DNA of 64,000 bases, from assembly GCF_009914755.1 (NCBI RefSeq), contig NC_060932.1. One strand, given 5' to 3'. The translations under genes and the position numbers were made by a program. The DNA is from the human T2T-CHM13v2.0 reference genome, Homo sapiens. A model generated the notes under the pieces. The model saw nothing but the letters and a program-made list of their open reading frames with translations. It ran no database searches and was not told the origin of the DNA. Shown in pieces: positions 42,810 through 55,129 of the stretch. The number at the start of each line of letters is the position of its first letter. Position 1 is the first letter of the stretch.

Positions 42810-43460
42810 CTAGCTTTATTAAGTTATATTCACGGATATAAATTGTGTGTATAGTATACAACGTGATGTTTTGATACAGGTATACGTTGTGAGATAAGTC
42901 AACAAAGCTAGTTAACATCTTGCCACCTCACATCCTTATCATCACCTTGTGCTTTTAAGAACATTTAAGATCTCATCTCTTAGCAGTTTTCAAGTAAACA
43001 AACCATTTAACTGTGGCCACCACGTGGTACCATAGACCTCGTCACTTACTCCTCTTGTCTAACTGAAATGCTGCACCCTTCCGCCAACATCCTCCCAGTT
43101 CCCCCCAACCCTCTCTCTGTTGACCACTGTTCTACCCTCTGCTTCTGAGTTCTGTGCTTTCAGATTCCACGTGTAAGTGAGGTCACGCGGCACCTGTCTT
43201 TCTGTGCCTGGCTTGTTCCACTTAGCATGATGTCCTCCAGGCTCATCTATGTTGTTGCAAATGCTAGGATTTCTCACTTTTTAAGACTGAGTAGGTATTC
43301 CACATTTTCTTTGTCTGTGCCTCTGCTGATGGGCTTGAGGTTGGTTCTGCGTGTTGGCTGTGGTGAACAGCATCTTAACGAACACGAGAGAGCAGATACC
43401 CCTTCCACACATCCATTTTATTCCCTTCAGAAAAATACCCAGAAGTGGGATTCCTGGATT
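42810..43460 (-). mobile_element. L1MA/MB-like 3' fragment
   Basis: tacaacgtgatgttttgatac...cagattccacgtgtaagtgaggtcac...tacccagaagtgggatt. Confidence 0.8.
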
Positions 43461-44874
43461 ATTCCTTTATCATTCTAATGTACCCCTAGGATTGAGAATC
43501 CTGATATAAAACATATGAAAGGATAATTAAGAGAAAAAGCAAAAAACACAAAAAGAAAGGAAGGAAGAAGGAAGGAAAGAGGGAGGGAAGGATATCTGAG
43601 TTATGTTCCCAACACTATCATAACAACATTGGGAGCAAATAGCATTATTTTAGACATTTGTTTTTCCAAATTGAGTGTTCCAATCTCCTCATCTTTAAAT
43701 TGAGAGGGTTAAATGATGATTTTTAAGGGATCTTCCCAGTCACGAATTTATGGATCTATAATTCTACTGGGTCAAATTAAAATTAAAAACACTTCATAAT
43801 GATCTTGATGCTATTATAGTGAATGAGTAACTATCATTTCCAAAATGCTGTGGGACATTTTACAGCACAGTATAGGTTAAAGTCATAAAGCAATGAAGTG
43901 ACATTTGCTTCTGGTCCTATTTCAAAGCATCAATCTTTTTTTTCCAACTCCCCTCAGTCTTCAAAAGCTCCAAGGAAAGCTGAGTAGCATTGGCTGAAGA
44001 GCTTAAGATACCATTAGTGCCAGATGAATTAATAAAACCGCCCACACTTGTGTTATTAGCCATTACCTCTTAAGAGCATTTGCGTTCTCTGAAGCTCATA
44101 GAGTGTAATGTATGAAAAGTAATTTTATGATGGGGAAAATGGCTGTGAAATATAGGAGGATAAGGAAGTTTTCCATAAAATTAAAGTCACTGATAAAATG
44201 AATTAATGTAGCACATTCAAAACGAATACCTTGAAAGAGAAAAACCTCACTTTTTCCAGAAGAAATGTTTCTAGGGAAGACCTTCAGACACACTAGAATT
44301 AAATTGCTCTCTTAATAACTTTTGTAACATTGGCTCATTATGACGTTACTTCTAAGAATGGCATTTTTTCATTTTCCCGAATGTTATATTTAAATCAGCT
44401 GTAAAGAGTTGGTGATTTATTTGCATCTATGAAGAGTGCTATATTGACCCAAATTTTGCATTGATAAATGAATGCAAAATGAAATTTTAAAAAGTTGGCA
44501 GATTAAATTATCAAAGTATATTAAGCACATATTATATATGCAGCACAACACTGAGAAAATGTACACACTGTGTAATTTTGAAATACCTGAATATTAAAAT
44601 AATACTTAGAGCCTTCCACCTGGCAGGCACATAGATTGTGAACATGTTTTTATATAATAGAACATCAGCTAGCATAGCTTTAATCATCTCCACAGCATTT
44701 AAGTGCACCAATGTCTCATTCTAATGTTAATACATATCTTGTCTCACAGGAATTCCCCTTGGGATGTTTATTTTTGTGTGTTCTTTCAAAAAACAAAAAC
44801 CCAGCTCTACCTATACTTGTCATTTTATCGTCCATACTTATTTTCTTCAGGGAAATTTATAGAAATAGCGGAAG

Positions 44875-46216
44875 TGTATTACATTGTAGGTTCTTGGTCT
44901 CACTGACGTCAAGAATGAAGCTGTGGACCTTTTGGGTGAGTGTCCGGAGTTTGTTCCTTTTAATGTTCAGACGTTTTTGGAGTTTCTTCCTTCTGGTCGG
45001 TTTGTGGTCTCAATGGCCTCAGGAGTGAAGCTGCAGATCTTCGCGGTGAGTGTTGCAGCTCATAAAAGGAGTGCGGACCCAAAGAGTGAGCAACAGCAAG
45101 ATTTAGTGCATACAGCGTAAAAATTAAGCATCCACACTGCCCAAGACGATCTCAGCAGGTTGCCAGTGCCGGCTCAGGCAGACTGCTTTTATTCCCTTAT
45201 CTGGCCCCACCCACATCCTGCTGATTGGTCCATTTTACAGAGAGCTGATTGGTCTGTTTTACAAAGAGCTGATTGGTCTGTTTTGACAGGGTGCTGATTG
45301 GTGCATTTACAATCCCTGAGCTAGACAAAGAGTGCTGATTGGTGCATTTACAATCCTCTATCTAGACATAAAAGTTTTCCAAGTCCCCACTAGATGAGCT
45401 AGACACAGAGCATAGATTGGTGCATTTACAAACCTTGAGCTAGACACAGAGTGCTGATTGGTGCATTTACAATCCTCTAGCTAGACATAAAAGTTCTCCA
45501 AGTCCCCACCAGATTAGCTAGATACAGGGTGCTGATTGGTGCATCTACAAACCTTTTGCTAGACACAGAGTTCTCATTGGTGCATTTACAATCTCCTAGC
45601 TACACATAAAAGTTCTCCAAGTCCCCACCGGACTCAGGAGCCCAGCTGGCTTCACCTAGCGGATCCTGCGCTGGGGCCACGGGCAGAGCTGCCTGCCAGG
45701 CGCCTGCACTCCTCAGCCCTTGGAGGGTCAATGGGACCGGGCGCCGCGGAGCAGGGGGCAGCGTCCATCAGGGAGGCTTGGGCCGCGCGGGAGCCCACCG
45801 CGAGGGGGAGGCTCAGGCATGGCGGGCTGCAGGTCCCGAGCCCTGTCCCACGGGGAGGCAGCTGAGGCCCGGGGAGATTTGGCGTGCAGCGCCGGTGGGC
45901 CAGCACTGCTGGGGGACCCAGCACATCCTCCGCAGCTGCTGGCCCAGGTGCTGAGCCCTTCACTGCCCCGCTGGCGCTGGCCGGCCGCTCCAAGTGCGGG
46001 GCCGCGGAGCCCGCGCCCACCCAGAACTCGCGCTGGCCCATGAGCCCACACCTCTCCCTCCACGCCTCCCCGCAAGCAGAGGGAGCCGGCTCCGGCCTCG
46101 GCCAGCCCCCAGGGCAGTGGCTGGCTGAAGGGCTCCTCAAGTGCGGCCGGAGTGGGCGCCGAGGCGGAGGAGGCGCCGGGAGTGAGTGAGGGCTGCCAGC
46201 ATGCTGTCACCTCTCA
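44875..46216 (-). mobile_element. Full-length LTR12 (C-like, ERV9) solo LTR with 4-bp TSD
   Basis: Minus strand begins TGAGAGGTGACAGCATGCTGGCAG; TSD GAAG at 44871-44874 and 46217-46220; tandem gctgattggt repeats and a CpG-rich U3. Confidence 0.93.
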
Positions 46217-46824
46217 GAAGCAGTGATGTGCTGAGCTTCTGTCTAGAAAGAAGGTAGCAGTCCACCCTCCTGTCTCCCAGGCATTCGTTCACCCAGGTCC
46301 TCAGCCACCGAGTCTTCCTCCTTCACCCACGACCCTCCTTCACCCACCACCCTCCCTCCACCCACCACCCTCCCTCCCAGGCATCCTGTAGCCTCCACCA
46401 CCACACTTCCTGGGAGGTTCAGGCTTCAGCCTTGACCTTCCTGCACTGCCCAATGGGAGCATCGTGACCACACATTTTAGGAGAAGGCTCCTTCCCCACT
46501 GTGACATCAAACACGTGGTCACATGAAAGGCCTAGTCTGTGGCACAGGAAAGGGGCCCTGAGGTGCAGGGGAGGGTCATTGTCAGTTAATCACATGAAAG
46601 CTCACCAGGGCACACTGCATTTTAACAACCCCGTTTTTAAATTTTATTTCCACACAAACACATCAGATACCTTTAAAGTTAGACACATCTAACATTTGTG
46701 GAACTTAGGATGCCAGGGCTTTTCATCTGAATTTCTGGGGTGCATTTACAGCTTTTCTCCTAAACATCACGCGTCCCATTCTGGCCTCCTGAAGGGCGGT
46801 GCCTGCTCCCGGGCTGCCCCCTGC

Positions 46825-47740
46825 CATACCCCGCAAACCCCCGCCACCCCCTGCAAACGCCCACCACCCCCCACCCCTCACCACCCCCTGCAAACCCCCG
46901 CAAACCCCCGCCACCCCCTGCAAACGCCCACCACCCCCCACCCCCCCACCCCTCACCACCCCCTGCAAACCCCCACCCCCCCCCGCAAACCCCCGCCACC
47001 CTCTGCAAACCCCCGCCACCCCCTGCAAACGCCCACCACCCCCCACCCCTCACCACCCCCTGCAAACCCCCGCCACCCCCTGCAAACGCCCACCACCCCC
47101 CACCCCTCACCACCCCCTGCAAACCCCCACCCCCCCCACAAACCCCCGCCACCCCCTGCAAACCCCCGCCACCCCCTGCAAACCCCCGCCACCCCCTGCA
47201 AACCCCCGCCACCCCCTGCAAACGCCCACCACCCCCCACCCCCCCACCCCTCACCACCCCCTGCAAACCCCCACCCCCCCCCGCAAACCCCCGCCACCCT
47301 CTGCAAACCCCCGCCACCCCCTGCAAACGCCCACCACCCCCCACCCCTCACCACCCCCTGCAAACCCCCGCCACCCCCTGCAAACGCCCACCACCCCCCA
47401 CCCCTCACCACCCCCTGCAAACCCCCACCCCCCCCACAAACCCCCGCCACCCCCTGCAAACCCCCGCCACCCCCTGCAAACGCCCACCACCCCCCACCCC
47501 TCACCACCCCCTGCAAACCCCCGCCACCCCCTGCAAACGCCCACCACCCCCCACCCCTCACCACCCCCTGCAAACCCCCACCCCCCCCACAAACCCCCGC
47601 CACCCCCTGCAAACCCCCGCCACCCCCTGCAAACGCCCACCACCCCCCACCCCTCACCACCCCCCGCAAACCCCCGCCACCCCCTGCAAACGCCCACCAC
47701 CCCCCACCCCTCACCACCCCCCGCAAACCCCCGCCACCAC
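46825..47740. repeat. C-rich compound VNTR (20-bp cccccgccaccccctgcaaa and ~37-bp cgcccaccaccccccacccctcaccaccccctgcaaa units)
   Basis: Directly visible; includes a 298-bp higher-order duplication. Confidence 0.95.
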
Positions 47741-48261
47741 GCGCACATCGCTGTTGATCATTGCTGCCTCCACGCGCGCCGACATCCATTCAAACAGCAA
47801 TTGCTGGTGTTTTCTCCTCTGTGGGATGTGCCAGTAAGAATGACCTGGAAGCTCCCAGACATACGTAGCAGGCTCAACGTGGCGGGGGAGTTGGAAGGAA
47901 AAATGGAATCCACAACTGCTGCGCACAGGAGGGAAATGAACCCAGTGCCCGCAGGAGGCGCTGACGGCGTTCCCTAAAAACACCGAGCAGGCAAATGAGT
48001 GCGGACTAAGCGCCCGGGGAAGACGGGGAAGACGGGGCCAGGCTCGGGCTCCGGGGATTCGTAGGATCTCCAGAGGGGATCATTTGTAGTTAAGGATCTA
48101 ATATTGCCACATTCTCAATGGTTTTCTGTTCTGCAGTTCTTTAGAGCACTGAGTTTTAAACCATGGGCTGCAACTCATTAATGACCCGTGAATTCAAGTT
48201 ACTGGTCACTGCCAGCAAATTTTTAAATGGAAACAAAAATACAACAGAGAAGTATAGACTA

Positions 48262-48607
<346 letters not shown>

Positions 48608-49844
48608 CTAATGAAACATTTTTTGGGTGTGTGCGTGTGGGTGTGTGTGTTAGGTTCTGATGTAAAATATACGTCTTATTGTGGAATATAATCCAAAAAG
48701 TTTGAAAGCCCTTGGCAGGAGCAATACCTTGCAGCCATCAGGGTGGTGCAGAGAAAGGAAGTCGCTTTTGTGCTGTCTCGGTGTTTGAAACAGGAAGCAG
48801 TGCGTGTCGTGGGTTCTCAGAGGCAGGTTCTGCAGGCAAAGCCTCCGCACATACACTGGAACTTGAGCAATTCACCCACCTCTCCTGTTCTTCTCATTCT
48901 TTGTTTGTTAACAAAAAGAGAAGGGATCGTAACCTTCCTACCTCGTTGGAATTTTAAGATAATTAAATATGGTAATATAAGACCTTAGAGCAAGGTGTGG
49001 CTCACAGCAAGTGTTCAATGTCAGTTTTTACCATGATTAGTATCATTGTCATCATTGCTCATACGCTGTGACCAGGTAACCCAGCATCACCTGTCCAGGT
49101 TTAAAGGTGCATTCAGGAGGTTTCAGGAGTGCAGCTCTGGAGGACGCGGCCGCGGAGAGGAGTCGGTGTAATACTCCAGACAGATGTCCACGTTAACTTC
49201 ATGTGTTTCCCGAACATGATTTCCATGACAACTAATTTATTTGCATATTGCAGTAACTGAAAACACAGACTTCTGTAATTTTAGATTCTGAAGAGTTTTT
49301 TGTAAGGATTTGCCCCTTTAACTGCCTGTAAATTACAAGCACGCTCCCGTGCAAATGGGCATTCGAAAAGGAGTCGGAATTTGTCCCTGGGAGGTATTTG
49401 TGATTTAGATGGAAAATTAAATAGAAACAGGCTGGCTTTCCCTGGACAACAGCGATAACTTGCTGATGTGTTTGGAGGTCAGCCTGTGGCTGTGAAGTGT
49501 GGCTTCCAGGCTCATAGGAAGTGAAGGTCCGCTGTCGGGACCTTGCCAGCCTCGTTGCCCCAGATGTCAGGCTTCCAGAGGAACTCTGCAGTGCGTGACG
49601 AACGTATTGTTGCATCCTCTGAAGAGCTGAGAAACGTCATCAGTTTGTGATGCCTGGGCCACTCCGTGAAAGTGCTGTCAAGGATGGGAAGGTCCAGTTT
49701 TGTGGCAGGTCCAAGGGTTGAACACGACGAAGGAGGGACAAGGAAAGGAACTGCCTCCCACCTGTCACTCTGCGTGGGCTCCCTGCGTTCTGGTGCCTTG
49801 GTCAATATGCTTAACGCCACAGCAAACATGAAGGTCACAGGACG

Positions 49845-49980
49845 CGCATTCTCATTCTGCAGGTGAGGAAACTGAGGCACAGAGAGAGTGGTGACTTCTC
49901 CAAGGTCATTAGTGAATGAGTGGCCAGTCTAGGTCTGAACCAAGCCAAACCCTGTAGGACCTTTTGAGTATCCACACTGC
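49845..49980 (-). mobile_element. MIR fragment
   Basis: cattctgcaggtgaggaaactgaggcacagagag...ccaaggtca, the MIR core. Confidence 0.75.
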
Positions 49981-50339
49981 TTCCCCAAGGAAACTAAAAT
50001 ATTATATGTCCAAGTCCAGGAGGTCCACTCAACAAATAAAAGGCAAACCTTGCATTTGACACCTGAAACTGAGGTCGGTGTTACATAATTAATAAGGAAT
50101 TGTGTTTGGAGTAAACCTAGAAGGAACTTGCACATAAGATAATTTGCTCAATCAATCTGGCACATCTCCCTTTGCTAATGAGTTAGGCTTCTCCAGATAA
50201 ATCTGTGAGAATGTTCCATTTTCTCAAACAGTATTTGTTCTCCCCAGGGCATCAGTTAGTTCAGCTTGAAACCTTTCTTATAATACAAGCATCGTCATTT
50301 TCACCACACTGTGGAACCGAAAATAAATTTCCCTAGTGG

Positions 50340-51052
50340 GTGACCATCCTCCATGGATGTAAGGGCTGTCTAGTGTAGGACAATCAATAGATGACCATCT
50401 TCCATGGACGTAAGTGCTGTCTAGTGTAAGACAGTCAATAGATGACCATCTTCCATGGACGTAAGGGCTGTCTAGTGTAGGACAATCAGTAGATGACCAT
50501 CTACCATGGACGTAAGGGCTGTCTAGTGTAGGACAATCAGTAGATGACCATCTTCCATGGACGTAAGGGCTGTCTAGTGTAGGACAATCAGTAGATGACC
50601 ATCTTCCATGGTCGTAAGGGCTGTCTAGTGTAGGACAATCAGTAGATGACCATCTTCCATGGACGTAAGGGCTGTCTAGTGTAGGACAATCAATAGATGA
50701 CCATCTTCCATGGGCGTAAGTGCTGTCTAGTGTAAGACAGTCAATAGATGACCATCTTCCATGGACGTAAGTGCTGTCTAGTGTAAGACAGTCAATAGAT
50801 GACCATCTTCCATGGACGTAAGGTCTGTCTAGTGTAGGACAATCAGTAGATGACCATCTTCCATGGACGTAAGGGCTGTCTAGTGTAGGACAATCAATAG
50901 ATGACCATCTTCCATGGACGTAAGTGCTGTCTAGTGTAAGACAATCAATAGATGACCATCTTCCATGGACGTAAGGTCTGTCTAGTGTAGGACAATCAGT
51001 AGATGACCATCTTCCATAGACGTAAGGGCTGTCTAGTGTAAGACAATCAGTA
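50340..51052. repeat. Minisatellite, 51-bp unit x14
   Basis: gatgaccatcttccatggacgtaagggctgtctagtgtaggacaatcagta repeated. Confidence 0.97.
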
Positions 51053-52167
51053 GGTCACATGAGCAAAGGTGAACCCCAAAATCTGTTTAGGAATTGGAAA
51101 GAGAAACATTAGGCTCCAAGTCTTATCAGAGCCTGACAAAAAGCGTGCGTGTTTTATGTGCACTTTCTACCACCACTCGGGTTTGGTATTGGATGAATAC
51201 TAGCTGCAGTTAGCAGTAATTACACATCTGACTAACAATCTTCAGAAGTCTCCCTGAGAACGGTGTTCCTCAGCCCTGTGACGCATCAGCCCAGGTAGGC
51301 AGGGCTGAGGGCCGACGGCCTCCCTAACGCGTCTGGTCCACAGTTCAGTGGGAGAAGCCCTGCTGGGAACAGCTGGGTTAGAGTGCACTCACGTTGCAGA
51401 AAGCCTGTTGCTAGCAAACAGATGTCCATTGTAGAAGAATGTGTGCTCCTCCCCATAAATTTCAAAGAAACAAATGTCCCATAAACTTAAAAATAACCCA
51501 TGAATGTTATTACACTTACCTTGACAACATGATCAAAGTTGTTTATTTCACACGGTTTCATAAGCAGAAATCGCCAGCTAGTGATCACGGTTCAGACAAA
51601 TGGTGGAAATCGTCGGCGGCATAGGGACGGGGCCAGCGTGGGTGTCAGCCGTGGGTGTGGCAGTTCCGCACTGACCTCGGTGCATTCCTGCTCTGGAGTC
51701 TAGCATGGGAAAATCACAGCCCAGAAGACCCTCGGGTTGCACGTGTGACTGACGCACTCCCCCGAGAGAGGCCAACACCTCACAGCAGCCTGCCGCAGCA
51801 GCGAAATGCCTGCACTGAGGCTGTCTGTTAAAAGCAAACAACATGGCAGTTGTTTTAGCCAAGCACGCTTCTTGCTGAGAATTCTAGGAGGTTCAGCTGA
51901 CAGCAAATGCGTGAGTACCCCAGCTCGCTGTGTCCATGGAGTAGAGATCTCAGACTTCGCAGCTTTGACTTATCAATCTAAAGGTTAATTAGACAAACTG
52001 GGTGACTACTGCCAACATTTTCTAAAGACAGGTCACACTCTAGGTTTCTAATTTGTCTTCCGAATGACCCTGATCCTGGAAAGTGAGGCCCCGGGTCATG
52101 GTCGCACCGCCACCCTGTGCCATCTGTGTGTGCACGTTGGTGTCCCAGGCCACAGCGGAGAAAGATG

Positions 52168-52662
52168 GGAGAGGCCACAGGCCAGGCCCTGGGAGGATCA
52201 GTGGGATAAGCATCTGCCTTTCCCAGTGCAGAGGAGGATGGAAGAGGCCACAGGCCAGCTCCAGGGAGGCTCAGTGGGATAAGCATCTGCCTTTCCCAGT
52301 GCAGGGCAAGACGGGAGAGGCCACAGGCCAGCTCCAGGGAGGCTCGGTGGGATAAGCGTCTGCCTTTCCCAGTGCAAGGGAGGACGGAAGAGGCCACAGG
52401 CCAGCTCCAGGGAGGCTCAGTGGGATAAGCATCTGCCTTTCCCAGTGCAGGGCAAGACGAGAGAGGCCACAGGCCAGCTCCAGGGAGGCTCGGTGGGATA
52501 AGCGTCTGCCTTTCCCAGTGCAAGGGAGGACGGGAGAGGCCACAGGCCAGCTCCAGGGAGGCTCGGTGGGATACGCTACTGCCTTTCCCAGTGCAGAGGA
52601 GGAAGGGAGAGGCCACAGGCCAGCCCCAGGGAGGCTCGGTGGGATACACGTCCGCCTTTCCC
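52168..52662. repeat. Minisatellite, 73-bp unit x~7
   Basis: gaggccacaggccag at 52171, 52244, 52317 and onward. Confidence 0.95.
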
Positions 52663-54159
52663 TGGGAACAGCTGGTGGGAGCGGTGCAAGCACAGCCCAG
52701 CTCAGAGGGGCCGTCACCCCCATCAGTGGCAAGTGGTTTGCCTCTGTGGCATAGCACCTGCCCATCTCCCAGAGACAATACTGCCTGGAAAATTGCAGCA
52801 TTGAATTTCTAACCTAAAAATTGAGGTGAGACCTTGCTAAGCCCTCCTGGTCGTGTATGTAAGCTCGTTGGGAACTGCAGCTTTTCTCAGTAAAAGCTTC
52901 CTAATCATATGCAATTCCCTAAAAGTACACTTTTTAATAAAGAATTATAGATGTGTAAGTTACAAAAATAATACAGAGAAATCCTGGGCACCCTTCCCCC
53001 AGTTTCACCCATGGTCACGTTCGTACAGTCCAAGGTCCAACACGAAACATCCTTCTTCCAGACAATGGCGGTCGAACCTCAGACCCATCCTTGCCTTCCT
53101 TCCCTCCTTCATTCATCCATCCATTTCAGCATTTACTGAAACCCTGCTGCCTACGCAATGTGATTGAGATGTTGAACTGAAAGGTACCAGGAGCTCACAC
53201 ATCCCCTCCCCTTCCCGGGTTATCTTACGTGATATGGGGCACAGATTTGCTTTAAATAATTTACTTCTGAGCGCCCACCACTCTGGAGAAGAGCTAGGCA
53301 GGCATTGGGTGGCGTCTTGTGGCCACACGAGCAGCCCCAGGTGAAGCAAAGCCTGCACCCAATTAGACATCTAGGAATTCACAGTGACGGGAAAGAGGAA
53401 TTGTACATAATTAGAGATATGTTTTCTCTCCAGTACAAATGTCCTCTTTCTGCCTGAATTTAAATGCAACTCTCATTTTTTCTTATGCGACTATTCCCAG
53501 AAGGCTTCCCGCATCCTGCGAAGCGAAGGGTAACCCCCAACAGCCCAGGTGTTTTCAATGGCACACATGGTTCCTGCTTTCTGTTTCACATAACACAGAA
53601 CCCCAGAGCACGTTTTAAGCTCCACTTTTAAAACTTAATGAAATTGTATAAAATTCAGCTACTGTATCAAGGAACAGCGAGAAAATATTGTGTTGGAGAA
53701 TATAAAAGGAAATAATATGAATAGCGTTAATATTTCAGTAAGAGCTACACATGTGGTCAGGAGTGTGAAACTTCTATCAGCCATTTATGGGTGTTTCTCA
53801 CCTCCAGGCGCCGCTAGAGAACTTTGCTTATACTCACCTATGTCACTCATCCCTTCACAGCTGTGTGGCCTCTCTGCTGTCACCCCATTCTAAAGGAGGG
53901 GACAGCACGTGACAGAACGAGTCCCACAGTCAGTGAGGATGGGCACACGCTGCAGGTGGAGGCCCAAGCTCCTAGTCCATGTAGCTGCTGCATCTCTCAG
54001 CAGGACAGGAAAGGAAGGCCGGCCTGAGTCCGGAGGGTGGCGCTCAGCGTGATGCCACCCAGAGTCTGACAGAGCTGCATGGCAGGACCCCGGGGAGATG
54101 AAAGCCAGCCCCACGAGGGGAAGAGCCCCTACAAGAGCACAGCCAGCGGGCAGGAGCAC

Positions 54160-54293
54160 GCAGGGAGACCGACGTGCAGGGACACCAACGTGTAGAGAGA
54201 CTGACGTGGAGGGAGACCGACATGGAGGGAGACCGACGTGCAGGGAGACCAACGTGCAGGGATACCGATCCCTGCAGGGAGACCAACATGCAG
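54160..54293. repeat. 16-bp unit gcagggagacc(g/a)acgt x~8
   Basis: Directly visible degenerate tandem array. Confidence 0.8.
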
Positions 54294-54579
54294 AAAACGC
54301 ATGTTTGGCCTGAAATGGGATGGATGCATCCAACCAAAGAGAAAACAAGGAAGGAGGAGACATGGAAGGCAGCCTTGGAAATCACGGAGAGTTGTTGCAT
54401 TGATTCTTTTGCAGCCGATGAGCACACCCACCCTGCACTTGAGTTTCAGGGCCAAGGTGTCTTTCTTTCTTTTGAAGGGAAAAAGGACCTGGGCTAGAGA
54501 AACCATCATGGAGGCATCCTGGGAGGGGCACAGAGAAAAGGAGTCCTCTCCCTTCCCTTAAGACAGACAGGGCAGTCAG

Positions 54580-54995
54580 CATACACATGCACATACATGA
54601 ACACACAGGCATGCACACAGATGTGCACACACACACGCAGACACATGCACACACACGTGCAGACATGAAAACAATTGTAGACATGCAAAAATATGCAGAC
54701 AGAAATGTGCACACACACACACAGGTGCATGCACATGCAGACACACATGCAGATGCACACAAACACGAGCAGACATGAAAATACAATTGCAGACATGCAA
54801 AAATATGCAGACACACGTGCATGCACACACACATGCAGACACAAGCACACACACATGCAGACATGAAATATACACATACACATGTTGACACACACAACAT
54901 GCACAAATATGCAGACACACAAACACATGCACAGATAGGCACACTCACACACTTGTATGCACACACATGCACAAACATACAACACATACAACACA
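54580..54995. repeat. Degenerate (CA)n/CATG low-complexity tract
   Basis: About 415 bp dominated by caca, catg and gcag. Confidence 0.9.
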
Positions 54996-55129
54996 CCTGA
55001 CCTGTCTGCCCCTCCAGTCTGTTCCCTGCTCCCATTCCCTCTGTACTGTGCTATGGACTCTTTAATTCCTTTCCCTTTTCCTCCACATCTCACAGAGGGA
55101 TGGGCTTATTACAATGTGCAGTTCCCTTA

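Noticed and set aside
46696-47977. Proline-rich extensin-like ORFs of 353 and 392 aa
   Set aside because: C-rich VNTR lacking stops, with no splice or start-context support.
50340-51052. Palindromic regularly spaced repeats suggesting a CRISPR array
   Set aside because: Units are contiguous with no unique spacers, there are no cas genes and the DNA is human; the same applies to the other VNTRs.
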